DNA of 64,000 nucleotides from Octopus bimaculoides (taxonomy: Eukaryota), in NCBI RefSeq assembly GCF_001194135.2, contig NC_068984.1, forward strand, positions 52,181,334 to 52,245,333. Reading direction: 5' to 3'. Position 1 is the first letter of the stretch, and each line of letters opens with the position of its first letter. Position numbers and translations under genes: made by a program. Positions 24,544 to 39,100 of the stretch are shown here, piece after piece. The notes below the pieces were generated by a model that made no database searches, was not told where the DNA came from, and was given only the letters and a program-made list of their open reading frames with translations.

Positions 24544-27500
24544 AATATATGAGTATATGCATATATATGTACATGTATGTACATACCTTCATCTACATGT
24601 ACATATAGATACATATCTGGGTACATGACATTGCAAAAAAACAGACAAAATGATAAACAAGGTACAAAAAACAAGCAGGCCACATAGAGAACATATCCTT
24701 CATCAGCTGCCACCAGTAAAACACTGGTGTTTCGAAGAGTTAGGGCAGGACGCATCGTTAAAATGGATCTTCCCACGAACGCAAATTAAATTTTTTTTTC
24801 GTGGAGGATAGTGGCGGACAGAAAACAATGTATGTATTTATTTATGTATGTATCTTTACAACAGATTTCTTTCAGTTTCCGCCTACCAAATCCACTTACA
24901 AGACTTTGGTTGGCCCAAGTCTATAGTAAAAGACACTTGCCCAAAGTGTCACACAGTGGGACTGAACCCAGAACCATATGGTTGAGAAGCAAGCTTCTTG
25001 CCACATAGCCATAACTGTGCCTATTAAAATATCAGAAATGCAATTTTGTGTCAACTAAAATTGTGGTGGCATATATGTAATTCATTAAAAAGTTCAAAGT
25101 GAGATATAAAAGTAGACAAGAAAACCTTTATGTCCCTCAATGCTTGTAAAAGTGAACAGAAATGAAACATACCTTTGTTATTCACATTACCCTTGCACTG
25201 CTTAGTCTGTGGCTTGATGGCTGGACACGAGCTGTCATTTGGGGCCTTCAAAGTTAGTGTTCGGTGTTTAGTTTTTGTAGCTGGGTCACATTTTGACCAT
25301 GCTCCTTTGTTATATTTACAATCTACAAACAAGAGGAAAACAAACTAATAACAAAAGTTTTACTCATCAGAAGTAAAGTAGATAAACCAGAGAACGTTTA
25401 GTTTACTGCTCCTAAAACTGGGACAATTAATGCTATGAATACAATAACAATAATGATACCAAGAAGGACCTTCTATGAGTTAAACATTCTCACAATTATG
25501 AAATATTGCTATATACATATTTTAGTAATTAATATTTAAGTGAAGCACAAACAAAAACAAATAAATTTTTTTTTTTAATGAACAAGAGCTGATATATTTA
25601 TTGTTGTGGATGAAAAGAAAACAAGATAAGGCAATATTTCAGACAGTGATCCTTCATCAAAAAAGAAAAGATAGAAAAAAAATAAGGAAGGAAAAAAAAC
25701 CTGCTGTTGATATGAATCAACATTTTTTCTTTCCTGCCCCCGCCCCTTTTTTTTTTTTTTTTAGTTTTTCCTCTCTTGTCTTAACAAAGGATCATTGTCT
25801 GAAATCTGTGACTTATCCTTATTTCCTTTCATCCAGAGGATTAAATACCATGACTTTGTACTGTTGTTCTTATTGCTTCTCTTATCTTTTTTTTTTCTTT
25901 TTGGTTTATTCTTGTTTGTTTCTCATATGAATGACATGGCTGTGTAGTTAAGAAGTTTGCTACTCAACCACATGGTGCCATGTTCAATACCATAGCATGG
26001 CACCTTGAGCAAGTGTCTTCTACAATAATACAAGGTTGACCAAACCCTTGTTGAATGGAACTGGTAGATATATATTTGTGTCTCTTTGTCTTCACATTAT
26101 GTGCTAGTCATGAAAGGGTGTCACTGTCTTACAAACAGCGTTATTCATTTCTAATATTCTGTGAGAATATGTCTGGCCATGGGAAGATATTACCTCACTT
26201 GGAAACAAGTGAAGGTTGACAACAGGAAGGACATCAAACCATAGAAAATTTGCCCCAATAAACTCTGTCCAATCCATACAAGCATGGACAAGTGGACATT
26301 ATGCTGATGATAATTATGTTCAGTGATGAGAGTGGGCAGTACTCATCACATTTTTCAGTGGTTCAAAACTGTTGTGAGGAATGAAAACATCCTCAAACTA
26401 GAGGCCTGGCCTGAATGCTTGCAAAAATGTGAACTCTGTGAAAAACACCCAAAGTAGCAAGCAGTAGGTGATGAATTAGGTCCACTTTCCAGGTAGGTCG
26501 CAGCAAGATTAGAACTCAGAATGCTAAGAGCTAGAATAAATGCCATAAGGAGTCATCATGTTCAAGGAGCTGACAGTTCTGCTAGCTGACTGCACTAGCC
26601 TGGTACTTAAAGTATCTAACTTGGAAGGATGAAAGAAGGTAAAGTTAATCTTAGTAGCTTTTGAACTCAAATTACTAGAAGCATTTTGTCCAATACTCTC
26701 ATGATTCTCCCAGTTCACTGGCTGGATATCAGTTACTGCATCAGTGCAGTAATTGATATAATTTAGATATGAAATGTTGAAAGAACTTCATGAACTCTTA
26801 AACTTCAGTCATTTCCAACATGTTGAATTCTTTACAAAAGTATCTCATTTTCTAGAGTAAAACTGCTTTCAAATTTTGGCACAAGACCAGCAAGTTTGTG
26901 GGAGTGGGTAAGTCAATTACATCAATCCCAATGTTCAATTGGTACTTATTTTAATAACACTGAAAGAATCAAAGGTAAAGCCGACCTCAGTGAAATTTGA
27001 ACAAAGAACATACAGACGGATGAAATACTACTAAGCATTTCTCCCAGTATACTAACAATTCTGCCGTCTCACCACCCTTTACTATAGTAAAATTGCAATG
27101 CAACTTACATCAACTTTATCATCAGCATCATTTTATATATATTTTATATATATTTTGAACTCTTATAAAGAAAATGCTGTTATAAGGCCCTGGCTCTACA
27201 CCATCCAAACACAATTAGTTATAATAATAACATCTCTCCCAACTATATCAGAATATTGACTATTTACGCAAGGGTCAATTATAAGAATCAGTAACTCAAT
27301 CAGTGATATGCAGCAATCATATCAATATGAAATTAGAAATGCATGTAATGCTGGTAGTGGATTCCACCAAGAAGTTAAAGAGCTGCCAACAGAAGATTTA
27401 ACAATGGTAAAGAAGTAATATGCATTACAATATCCATTCCTCATTGTGTTGTGCTGGCTTATGTACCTCAATGACCCCAAAGGCTTTGTTAACTGAGTAC

Positions 27501-30500
27501 AAGACCCTGTAGAACCTCTTTTGCTGAACAGGTCAAAAAATAGAGGCCAGACAAATATGGACCACCTCTTCCTAGAGACAAATATGGATTTGTGTAGGGC
27601 CAAGACTCCTACCTAAGAAAAAGTAAAGCTACAGAAACAATGATGACAATTCAAAGCCATCAAGCCTTGGAAGAGGACAGCCCAGAATCAAGAACAGTAA
27701 CAATAAATGAACACATACATTCACATACGAAACTGTTCAGGTTGTAACACCAGTAGCAACAGAAAAAAACACAAAGAAACCATTTGAGTAGTAATATCAA
27801 TAACAACATATGTAACACTAACAGTTAAGTAAAAACAGTTGAAATAGTAACACTAATGTTAACAATTCTAGTACAAGTAGTAACATGAAATAATATTTTA
27901 ATAAAAGATATAAATAGCATTATGTGTAACACAAACAGTAAAATGAATAGTTCCTGTTATCATAGATATAGCGAAAAAAATAATATTAGTGTATACAAGT
28001 AACAACAGCAGTAACAGATGTAACACCAACAACAACAACAGATGTTACGCAAACAGTAACATGAACAAATAGTTTATGGAGTAACATTGACAAAACAGAC
28101 AATAATGTAACAGTTCTTGTAGTTACACACAATTGGAGTAACACCAATAATAACAGATGTAACACAGATAATAATGTAACAGTTTTTTTTACAAACATCA
28201 GTAACAAAATAAACACGAACAGTAACGTGAAACATAGTTCACATAGTAACACCAGTGACAACAGATGTAACAAATGTTAACATGAGAAACAATTGCAATA
28301 ATGACATTTGTAACAGTGTCATGAGGAACAGTTTTAATTTTTTGAATGGTTTAGTCAAAATAAAGCGGATGCTTCTTGGATGTTTGTTGGTAGGGTTGAT
28401 GTTCATGAACATTTTCAAGTCAATGCAAAGCAGGAAGAATATGAGGACATACAGAACTGAAGAGGGTCCTCATTCTATAAGATAAAGATAAGGAGGAAAT
28501 TGTCAGTGCAGGGCTGGAAGAGTGGGGAGGGGATCATAGTATAGGTCAGAGGTTGCCAAAGGGGGTTCGAGGGACCACCTAGAGGTAGACTGGGAATTAT
28601 AGGGGTTCAATAATAGCCAAGGGGTCAAATTGGGGTCAGCGTGTGAAAGACCAGCTCACCCAGATGAACTGCTTGAAACACTTAGTCAGCACCATGCTCA
28701 TCCCTCACATTGATATTGTCAATTTCAATAAAAGATTTTCCAGCATTTTTCACATTTTCAAACCATGAAAACAATTTCATAAAAATTAAAAGTTTAATAA
28801 TGTATACTTGTACACGAAGTTTTAAATGTAAAAAGTGTGTCATTTTCATTAGAATTTCTTAATTTGTTGTATATGTATATTTTAGCTAACATTTTAATTG
28901 CCAGCATCAGTACCCGGTACGCATTTTAAATATAGTATGGTAGGGTAGGGTATTAAAATATTTTAAATGAGGAGGGTGCTCAATGCGGAAGGAGAAGTGG
29001 CTAAAGGGGGGTCGATGTGGAAGGACAAATGGCTAAAAGGGGTCGATGGTCGAAAAAGTTTGGCAACCTCTTGTATAGGTGATAAGAGACAATTGTATTG
29101 AGTGGGCTTGAGTAAAGACAGTCTGAAATTAGCTAGCTCTAACGAGCTAAGGCTATTGCAATAGTGGTAGGAACATTTCCGGTACAAAGACAAGCAACCA
29201 AAGGCATGGACAAGTAAAGCAGTATCTGTAGATTTTCCATATTTATTTTGTGAAGTATATGATGGTTGGAAGTTTAAGAGAATCATGAAATATATAATTT
29301 CATTTGAAATTGTATTTTTTCTCAAGGATTTGATTTATCCGATGGTGTCAAATTATACAGGTTGTACTGAAGGTGTAGTTTTAGGAGAGAACATCATCAA
29401 ATACTATATTCTTTGTTATACACTTGTCACCTGTTCTACTTTGAGTGTTGTTATCTATTATTTTTTAAATTTTTATACATATAAAGAACTGAAAAATTCC
29501 AACTATGGAATGAAGCCAAAGATATAATCTATCCATAATTTTATTCTGTTATGGCACAACAACATTAGTAAAGTTTTATCAAATCTTAATTATTTTACTA
29601 ATGATATAAATCATCATCATCATCATCATTTAATGTTCTATAATGACATGGTTGGATGGTTTGATAGAATCCAAGGAGTCTAAGGACTGCATCATGCTCC
29701 ATTTTCTACATTGGTGTGATTTCTGTGACTGGGTCATCTTCCCAATGCCAATTTTACAGAAAATATAAATTTTGTGCATAAAATAGATCATCTTAGCTTA
29801 ATTTCATGGTTAAATTTTCATGTACAGAAACTGTAGTTGAATAACATCATAGATTAGAATCAATAAAAGTAATAATCTATAACTTATTAATTAATTGGAC
29901 AATATCTCATGCATCATCATTATGTTGTGTTTCCAGAAGGTTAAATAAATACACTTATAGGCTTCCCTATGATTTTTTTCTAGTTTTTTGGAACTTAACT
30001 CTACCAGTTAACATAACATTCATCATACCTCTATGAGGTAGAAATAGTAGCCAAATCTCACTTTATCACACACCTCATTATTGTTTATCCATTATAGCAT
30101 CTATTTTCTTTGTAATGTAGATCCAGATACACTAGCTCTGATAAACAAAACAGGAATGTCACAGCTAAAATGCTTGTCATTAAACAAGGTGGGGTGTTGA
30201 AAGATTCCTGGCTTCGGGTAAAAAAAAAATACAGGAGGATCAGTTAATTATGATTTTATGCAACATATTCTCCTCTCAGATTCACACACTTATTGCAGTG
30301 GTCCTTCAGTTTTTCTAAGTCCTGTAAAAGAACTTGGAAGATTAGGCCTCCAACCAGGCCTTTCACCATACCTTTAAAGCCAGGAACTTTTTAGCACCCC
30401 TTCATATAGCATCTATTTTCTTTGTAATGTAGTTCCAGATACAATAGGCCCAATAAACAAAAGATGGGTGTCCCGGCTAAAATGCTTGTAATCATATGTC

Positions 30501-33500
30501 TATTGAATCAGGACTAAGATGAAACAATACAGCTTATAGCAGTGGTACAGAAGTGACTTCTATTGGTTCAGAGTCCTTAATAACCATATTGTCTGGACAG
30601 TTAAATGCCATGTGCTATTACTGCTCCATGGATACACAACCCACTGCTTCTTTAGCAATTAGGCTATACCTTTAATGACACAACAATAAGACACAATATG
30701 GGTAACAGCATGAATATTATAAGAAGCAATCTAGGAAATATCATAAACTATAGAATAAGACAATGTAAGTAGTCAATAACAGAAAATGTAACAAAAACTG
30801 TAATGCAACATGTAATAAAGGCTGTAACATGAATAAACAGAAACAGTAATATAGCATGCAATACGTACAATAGTACAGCTATACAAAAGCTGTAAAATGA
30901 TACAATAATACATGTAGTAGAAGTTGTAATGCAAAATAAAATAAATGTATCATGAATAAACAGGAACAGGAACACAACATGTAAGAGAAACTGTAAAATG
31001 ATACAGTAACATGTGCAGTAAAAACAACAGCACACGTATTAGAAGCTGTAGTTTAACTAAGCAGACATAGTAACACAACATGAAATAGAAATTGTGACAC
31101 AACATAAAAAGGAGGCAATGGTAACACAGGTATAAAGCTGTAATACAAAAAACATACAAAGTAATGTGAATATTAAAACTACAACCTTTAGAATGAAGAA
31201 CCATGGACATTCCACTTTTATAAATTTTCACATTCATATTTTCATGCATAAATTTATAGATCTCCAAAGCTTTATTTCATTATATTAAGGATTACAATTA
31301 TGTCTTCAGTTTCATTTCATAGTTAAGATTTTCTGAAGCATAACACACCACCACACAAACACCATGGAAAGCAGAATAATATTGTAGATGATAAAACATA
31401 AGCAGTAACATATGTAACATGAACAGCAATACAACTGCAATTCAGCTACTATTCAAGTAGTTAAGTAACTAGTAAAAACAGTAATTCTTTTCAATGTGGG
31501 ACCTAGGAAGAGGAGTTTTCTCTTCTTAGGCCCCACATGAGGTGATGAGGCTCAATATTCTATCCAGTACAACACAGTCATTTGGTTCTGGGATACCTTT
31601 ACTGGTGCCTAACTTGTTGCAAGCATTCAGCTCAGCCTTACAATTTACACCCTACCCATGTTTTTCCTGTGGACATTGACTTGCAGATATTCAAGCTAGG
31701 CATCAGCCATATCAATCTTATAAGTCTGCAAAGGTCATGATGCTTATTTAACATAAACACATAAAAGGAATTACTATCAGTTTTGACAATAAGTATTCAA
31801 CTGTTCAATGAACAGGGCTACCTGTTTGTTAAATTAACATGTGAGACATCAGTATGTCTTAATGTAATTCTCAGGTAGAGCCTGCATGATACATGTGACA
31901 AGATTGAACTTCTAGATTACAGGTGTAATCCTTGTGATGGATTTGCACACAATTTCTGACTCTCCAATTTCACTCACAATGCTTGAGTTGACTTGAGGTT
32001 ATGGTAAAAGACATTTGTCCAAGATGCCATGCAGTGGGAACAAACCCAGGGCCTTGTAAATGCAAAGCAAACATTTTAATCATTCAGCCATGGTTAATAC
32101 ATGCAATAACAGTTATAACAATGATTGGCCAAAGAAAGAGTAATGTAGACATTGTGAAAATTAATAACACAAAAAGTATCACATAAAATAACAAAGGAAG
32201 GAAATGCAGAAAATGACTAAAACAATAAATAATCCTTTCTTCTGTAGGCACAAAGCCTGAAATTTGGGGGCAGGAAATTAGTCGATTACATCAACCTCAG
32301 TGTTTAACTGTTATTTTATCAACCCCAAAAAGATGAAAGGCAAAGTCAACCTCAGAATGTAGCAATAGGTGAAACACCACTAAGCATTTCGCCTGGTATG
32401 CTAATGGCTCTGCCAGTTTTCAAGCAGGAATGGAAGAACAGTATTAAACCATCATAACTTGATTTATTACATTTGGATATTTGGCTTCAAATAACTGAAT
32501 ACAACCCAAAATATTGCAAAACTTTGCTACACAACTTCCCTTTTAATGATACTCCATTTTAATAATATTTTTTAAAAACCATAAAAATAAAAATTTAATT
32601 GTTAATTATGCAAAATGAATACTAAACATTCATAATGATTATTTTAAAAGTTTAATACCCACACACACTTTGATAATGTGCATTTAAGTGTTTGTTCATT
32701 CATTCACTCATTCAGTTAGTTTGTATATTGGTGTGGTGCATGCATACTGTATTCACTTTCTCTCCATTTCTCTTTCATCTTGAAACATATCAATCGATTC
32801 ATCCTTCCAATCAGACTGGTTAATTTTGTAAATTTCTAGCTGAATCTGGTGTATTTCAACACAACATAGGTAATGAAAATAGTCACCTTGGGAATAGCTG
32901 TAAAGCTACTTAATTTTTAAAATAATGTAGCATATTCTAGCTAGTTTCTCATTATTAGTTATTTTATAATTTTGATGAGCTGACCCAATCACATAGCAAG
33001 GCAAAATGACTGGCAAACTTAAGGAATAACCTCATTTGACAATTTGCTTCTCTTTTAGCAAGCTAGATATTTGGAAACAACTGAAATGCTAAGTTGAGGT
33101 ATTCTTGTAATAGCAGATATTTCTAAATAATATTTCTATATAACACTTGCCTGAATTAATGTTTAAAAACTTTAATCTTTTCCATAGCAACTCATCTAAA
33201 ATTGCCCCTGGTCCTACAATACAAACCATTTGCTTTAAAATGAGTTAAAAACCTTCCATCAAAATTTCATGCAAATTTATGCTCCAAACACCAGCTTAAT
33301 AACAACAAAGTTTATTTGACTAAATTCTTCTTTATTTTCAAAATTAATCAAAACAAAGGCAGTATATTTCATTAAAAATATAATATTGAAGTGGGGTTAA
33401 ACATAATCAGATCATATATTATTGTGTACATGTAATGCACATGACAATAAAAGAAACTCTATGTGATTTAGCTGCCATTTCTAGCAGCTAAATCTAGATG

Positions 33501-36067
33501 GTCTTGCAAAGAATGCCTTTGATCATAGGCCTACCTTGTCAAGGCAGATCTGGGATTAAACAACCACAACAACAGCAACAACAGCATGCTAGCAAAGAAA
33601 ATCAAATGCATGATGATGAAAACAATGATGAAGATGGTGATGATGATGATGATGATGGTGATGGTGATCATGACAATGACTACAACTAAGAATCTGAGTT
33701 GTTAGGAAAATATTGATGAAGACAAAATATTACATTGTTAGCTGAGATGAGTAATGGACTATTTCCAATGACGTTGAATGAAAAAAGTTATCTTCACTGA
33801 AAGATTAATCTATCAATAAAAATAACTATTATCAATAAATCCAAGAAATATCTTGATTTATTCCTTTAAAACCACTGACAAAAGGAAACAGATAAAGGAA
33901 ATTTCAGTTTGATCTAATAACTTAATTTGAACTATGATAAAACAGGTGTAAAAGCTTAAACAAAAAAAAAAAAGCTACAGCTAACACACTCACAAGCAGG
34001 AAAGACTGAGTAACAAATGCCATGCTTTTGCAAAATGTTTACGTGTTCATATAGCTGCATGCAGACAGGGTCACTCTCTGAGCTCTCTTGCCCTGGACCC
34101 AGTAGAACATCCAGTGTTTGATAGCTGGAGAGAAAGACAGAGAGAGAGAAAGCTACACCAGCATTGTGCTGGTACTTCTTTTCAATTAATCCTTGTAAAG
34201 ATGAAAGACAAGAGCACCTTGGCAGGATTTGAACTCAGGAGTGCAGAGAGTTAGAACAAATATCACAATACATTCCAACCAACCCTCTAATAACTCTGCC
34301 AGTCAACCACCTCATAGAAACAGGTGTAGGGTTTAGTAATTTACAAAAACTATAGCAATGCAAGGAAACTCAGGCATCAACAATAACAAGTGCTGATAAA
34401 TTCAAGAAAAATTTTTAAAAAAAAGTTAAATCATATTAACTCACTTCGGCGACAGGACTTGCTTATTGTCTTTTCCTTTTCACAGCTATTTGGATCCCCT
34501 CGACGTAAAGTTAGAGCACGGACCTTTTTATTAGTGACAGGGTCACAGGCAGACCACTCACCCTTCTCATATTTACACTCTAAAATCAGTAAGGATAATT
34601 AATTTCAACTGGAATAGGAATATTACAGAAATTTAATGTTCTGCTATAAGTTTTCAAATGCATACAAGTTAGATTAGAAAAAAATATATAATGGAACACC
34701 TCGTATAACAATGCACAATATCACTTTTTAGTTATATGCATTGGCTAATTATAGTCAGTGATCTGAGAAATTCTAAGATTATATCTGCTTTTGTTTCAAC
34801 ACAATATCAGAAATATTTAAGGAAATAATAGTATGCTGTATATTGCTATATCACTTCTAAAAAATATAAGTATAGAGATTTTTATTTGAAGTTCTAGTTT
34901 TTACAGATTACTTCATCAAAATGATTTATTTGTAAAAATATCAGCAGCAAGCTCGATTCATAGATTAATTTCTATTAAAACTGACAAAAAATTTTCAGTA
35001 ATTTTTTTTTCTCCCTTAGCTATGAAGTCAAGATTCATTATAAAGCTGTCAGAAAACAAATTGTTTATATTTTTAGAGTCAGCTTAAGCTAATGAATAAA
35101 ACAATTTTTTTACTTCATGAATAATAGTTTGGGATGTATAATTGTATGACTTAGCAGAACACAAATAACATATCTCCTTTTCTGCTGAGTATTTATCTTT
35201 ATTTCATCACTGAAATGATAATTTCTTTTAGCTATACTTACTGGGGCTTAATTTTATTTTATCTTATTTATTTATTTATTTATTTATTCATTACCTTAGA
35301 CTGAACACAGAACACTCTGGAACAGAGAACCAAAGGAAATACTATAAAGCTATTAAAGCTATTCTTTAACTACTAAACTCTTGCTCCAAATATTCTCCTT
35401 TACATCCTCATGAAAATAGAAATAAGGATAGTCTTTTTTAGTGTATAATGTATTAATGTTGCCTATTTTGTATGTTGGAACTGGGTAAATATCATGTAAT
35501 ATATTGTATACATGTTTAGTTAAAAGGGAACATCTAATGAAGATTATCCAAAAAAATTATATAGAATACTATCCCTTGTATGATGAATAGGAGGAGGATG
35601 AGATGCAGGAAGATAAAGATGGTGATGATGATGATGACAATGACGACGATGATGATGATGATGATATGTAACCCTCATTTTCAGAAACTGCCAACATATA
35701 TCTGACATAACTGATAAGAAGTAATTGGAGAAGGTAAGGCAAAAAGGTGTAAGTTGGAATGAATTAGGTTTGTAAAATGTTTAAAAGTATGTTTTGCATG
35801 GTCATATTCTCTATTTTATTAAATATGATCAATTTTTTTTTTTCGTGATTATTATATCAATGTATAAAACTATCATGGTTGGAGGGAGCAGTTGCTAATA
35901 TTCAGCTACAAAGCTGGAAATTTTTAGTAGGTATAACAGAAATAAATTAATAATAACTAATATCGTATAATAAATTAAGAACAGTAATGTAAATTACAGT
36001 TGTAGAAAATTTGACTGTTTTCATATTATATCAGTGTATATATATGCATATACATACATGCACATAT

Positions 36068-36102
<35 letters not shown>

Positions 36103-39100
36103 NNNNNNNNNNNNNNNNNNNNNNNNNNNNNNNNNNNNNNNNNNNNNNNNNNNNNNNNNNNNNNNNNNNNNNNNNNNNNNNNNNNNNNNNNNNNNNNNNN
36201 NNNNNNNNNNNNNNNNNNNNNNNNNNNNNNNNNNNNNNNNNNNNNNNNNNNNNNNNNNNNNNNNNNNNNNNNNNNNNNNNNNNNNNNNNNNNNNNNNNNN
36301 NNNNNNNNNNNNNNNNNNNNNNNNNNNNNNNNNNNNNNNNNNNNNNNNNNNNNNNNNNNNNNNNNNNNNNNNNNNNNNNNNNNNNNNNNNNNNNNNNNNN
36401 NNNNNNNNNNNATATATATATATATATATATACATATATATGAAATTGTATGTAAATATATATTTGGTCTAGAAGAGGCTGTACCAATGACTTTTCAAGA
36501 CCATCGTGCTATTTGAGGCCTTTCAAGACCATTGAGCTTGACAAAATTGATGTTTTATGTATAATGAGACAAAGCTAAATTCATTACTGAACACATCACT
36601 ACGTTACCTAAGTCTTTTTAGTTGAACAGTCTTGAGATACTCTAAATAGAAAGCATGCTAAAACATCAGGTATTTCTCACTGGTTCTCAGTTTACTCCTT
36701 ATCAAGGACAGAAAATATTTTAGAAGACTAAATTGTAAATTAAATAATATTTGACATTATAAGTACCTGTTTGACATAGAAAAGAGAAACAGATCCATTG
36801 GTAAGATTGTTTTACACACACACACAGACACACACACTCTCTCTCTCAAATAGGTCCTTAGATATGCCAGCTCTTAAAGTTGAAAAATTCTGGCAGATAA
36901 TTCATTTATAAAATATAGATAAGTTTATTTAGTTGACAAGCAATTAAACAAATGGTTTAAACATATTCAGTGGGTTAATTTTGATTGAATCTGTTCATCT
37001 CTCTACAAACTGACTCTGTAAAACAAAGGTTTGAAATGTTGCTAACTTACTTAATTTGCATGTTTTTGTTAATGTCTTCTCCTTTTGACATCTGTTTGGG
37101 TCTCCACGCCTTAGTTTTAACACCCTTGTTTTTTCATTTGTCTGGGCATCACATTGGGACCAAGGGCCTCGGGTATATTTACATGCTACAAACAAATTCT
37201 AAACATTATGGCCATATAAATAAAATATAAAGCATTCATTTAGAACTCCTCAAGCTTAAAAGCTGTAAATTATACAAGTGATTCTGTATAACCGAATATA
37301 AATATGAGTCTTCACAAACACACATCCACATGTGAAATGTATGGAAAACCCTATTGGTGTTGGATATTCAGCAGATAAAGTCAATATGTCTTGTTAATCT
37401 TAAAACACAAACTTTCTTTGTCATACACATAATTATATTTTCTTTCTAACAAGTTTTTATAATAAATGATCCACATTTAGGGGTTTTGTTTTTTTTTTTT
37501 TATTTTACATCTTTTCAAAAGGGGTACTTTACATATTAAAAAGTATAATGTATTATAAATAGAGCTCCAAAATAAAGTTCATGTATATTCTGACTGCATC
37601 ACAAACAAACTAACAGTAAAAGCTAAACAAAGATTTAAAAAAAGAATAAACTCTAAATTTGTGAGAAAGAGAAAAGAAACCAAACCAAAAACAAAAAAAT
37701 AAGAACAATTATACTAAACTTAGAAAGGAGTAATTGTGGTAGGTAAAAACCTAAACAGATTAAAATTTCACTGTTAATCTTGAAATGTATGAAATAAATC
37801 AATACTCTATGTTTATATTATCTTCCACATAGACATCACCAGCTCTTAGTACTGTACAGATTTCTTATATATTATTTATTCCGTTTATCTAAACATAGCA
37901 TACACTCAGTAAAATTATAATTCCCTTTGCCACACTCAGACATCATATAGAACAAAGTTATTTATAACATTCACTAAAACATTTGGAATTGTGTTTCACC
38001 ACAAACTGAATGGTAAGATTTCTCAGAAATAAACATTCCCTTTACATTGAAATTGTGGCCAATGAGAGGATGATGATTCAGTTTCAAACATATATCATTA
38101 ACCATCATAAGATAGTGCAACAATAAGTTCTCTTTAAAGGTTAAATGGAATGATATATTTTGTAATACTGACTTGTCTTTTTTTTACATTTTTATTGTCT
38201 TTTCAAATCCTTCATACGTTTACAATTTTTCTTTTACAAATTACTTGCTCACAGACTTTTATTGAATCAATATCAGTATCATTAATGTCCTTTTTTGCTA
38301 TCAATCTCCAAAGGGAGAAAATGTGATTTGCTTCAACACTCAGTGACCTTTGTGCAAGGAGTCAACTTGAAGGCCATGAGCCAGCAGCCTCTCCTGACAA
38401 ACGTTCAGCCAGATAAACATTAACAACACAGCTACACCCATTATACCTTTTGATCAATTCAAAAAGATTACAGTATTTCAGTCTAGTTTTGACTGTATGG
38501 ATTCCAAAACCACTAGAAAATATGCTTCCTTACAATAGTTTTGCTTATCATCCAGATATATCTCCAGGATATGGTATCCTCTACATTAGTTTTAGGAATA
38601 TAGCATACACTTGGTAAAATTATAATTTTTCAGATTCTTGACCTCATCTTTAGAGCTGAAACATTTCTTAATACTTACATCTTAAGCTACTTTATAATCA
38701 GTTTGATTTCTGATTGTCATCAGGTTTCTTACTCCTGGGTATATGCATAATACAGGACTAGATGCATCAGTAGCCAAGCAGATAAAACCATTACTACCCA
38801 TGCTTTAAAAATCAAGGTTTATTTGCACATTAATACAATGTACATATCCAGGAATAAGGCACCTAATGATGATTAGAGATCAAAACAATTAAAACCTGGT
38901 GTAGATGAAAATATGTAAAATAAGGTTTCATCTTTACAGATGATGTTGACAGTCTGAAAAATGACAATCTTATTAACAATAACTCAACTGAGGCATTAAA
39001 CATTTGATAGTATATACTAACATTTTATAATATAAGTTTTTTTTTCTATAAAATGAGACTCCTAATTCAATTATTATATGACTCAATACATTCTGTATTA

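Noticed and set aside
24720-24790. CTGATGA and GAAAC words on the minus strand
   Set aside because: GAAA lies 5' of CTGATGA, with no stem II linking them in the required order in this copy.
33498-33689. PolyQ/polyD ORF
   Set aside because: CAA/CAG and GAT trinucleotide tracts in an intron, antisense to the gene, with no splice support.
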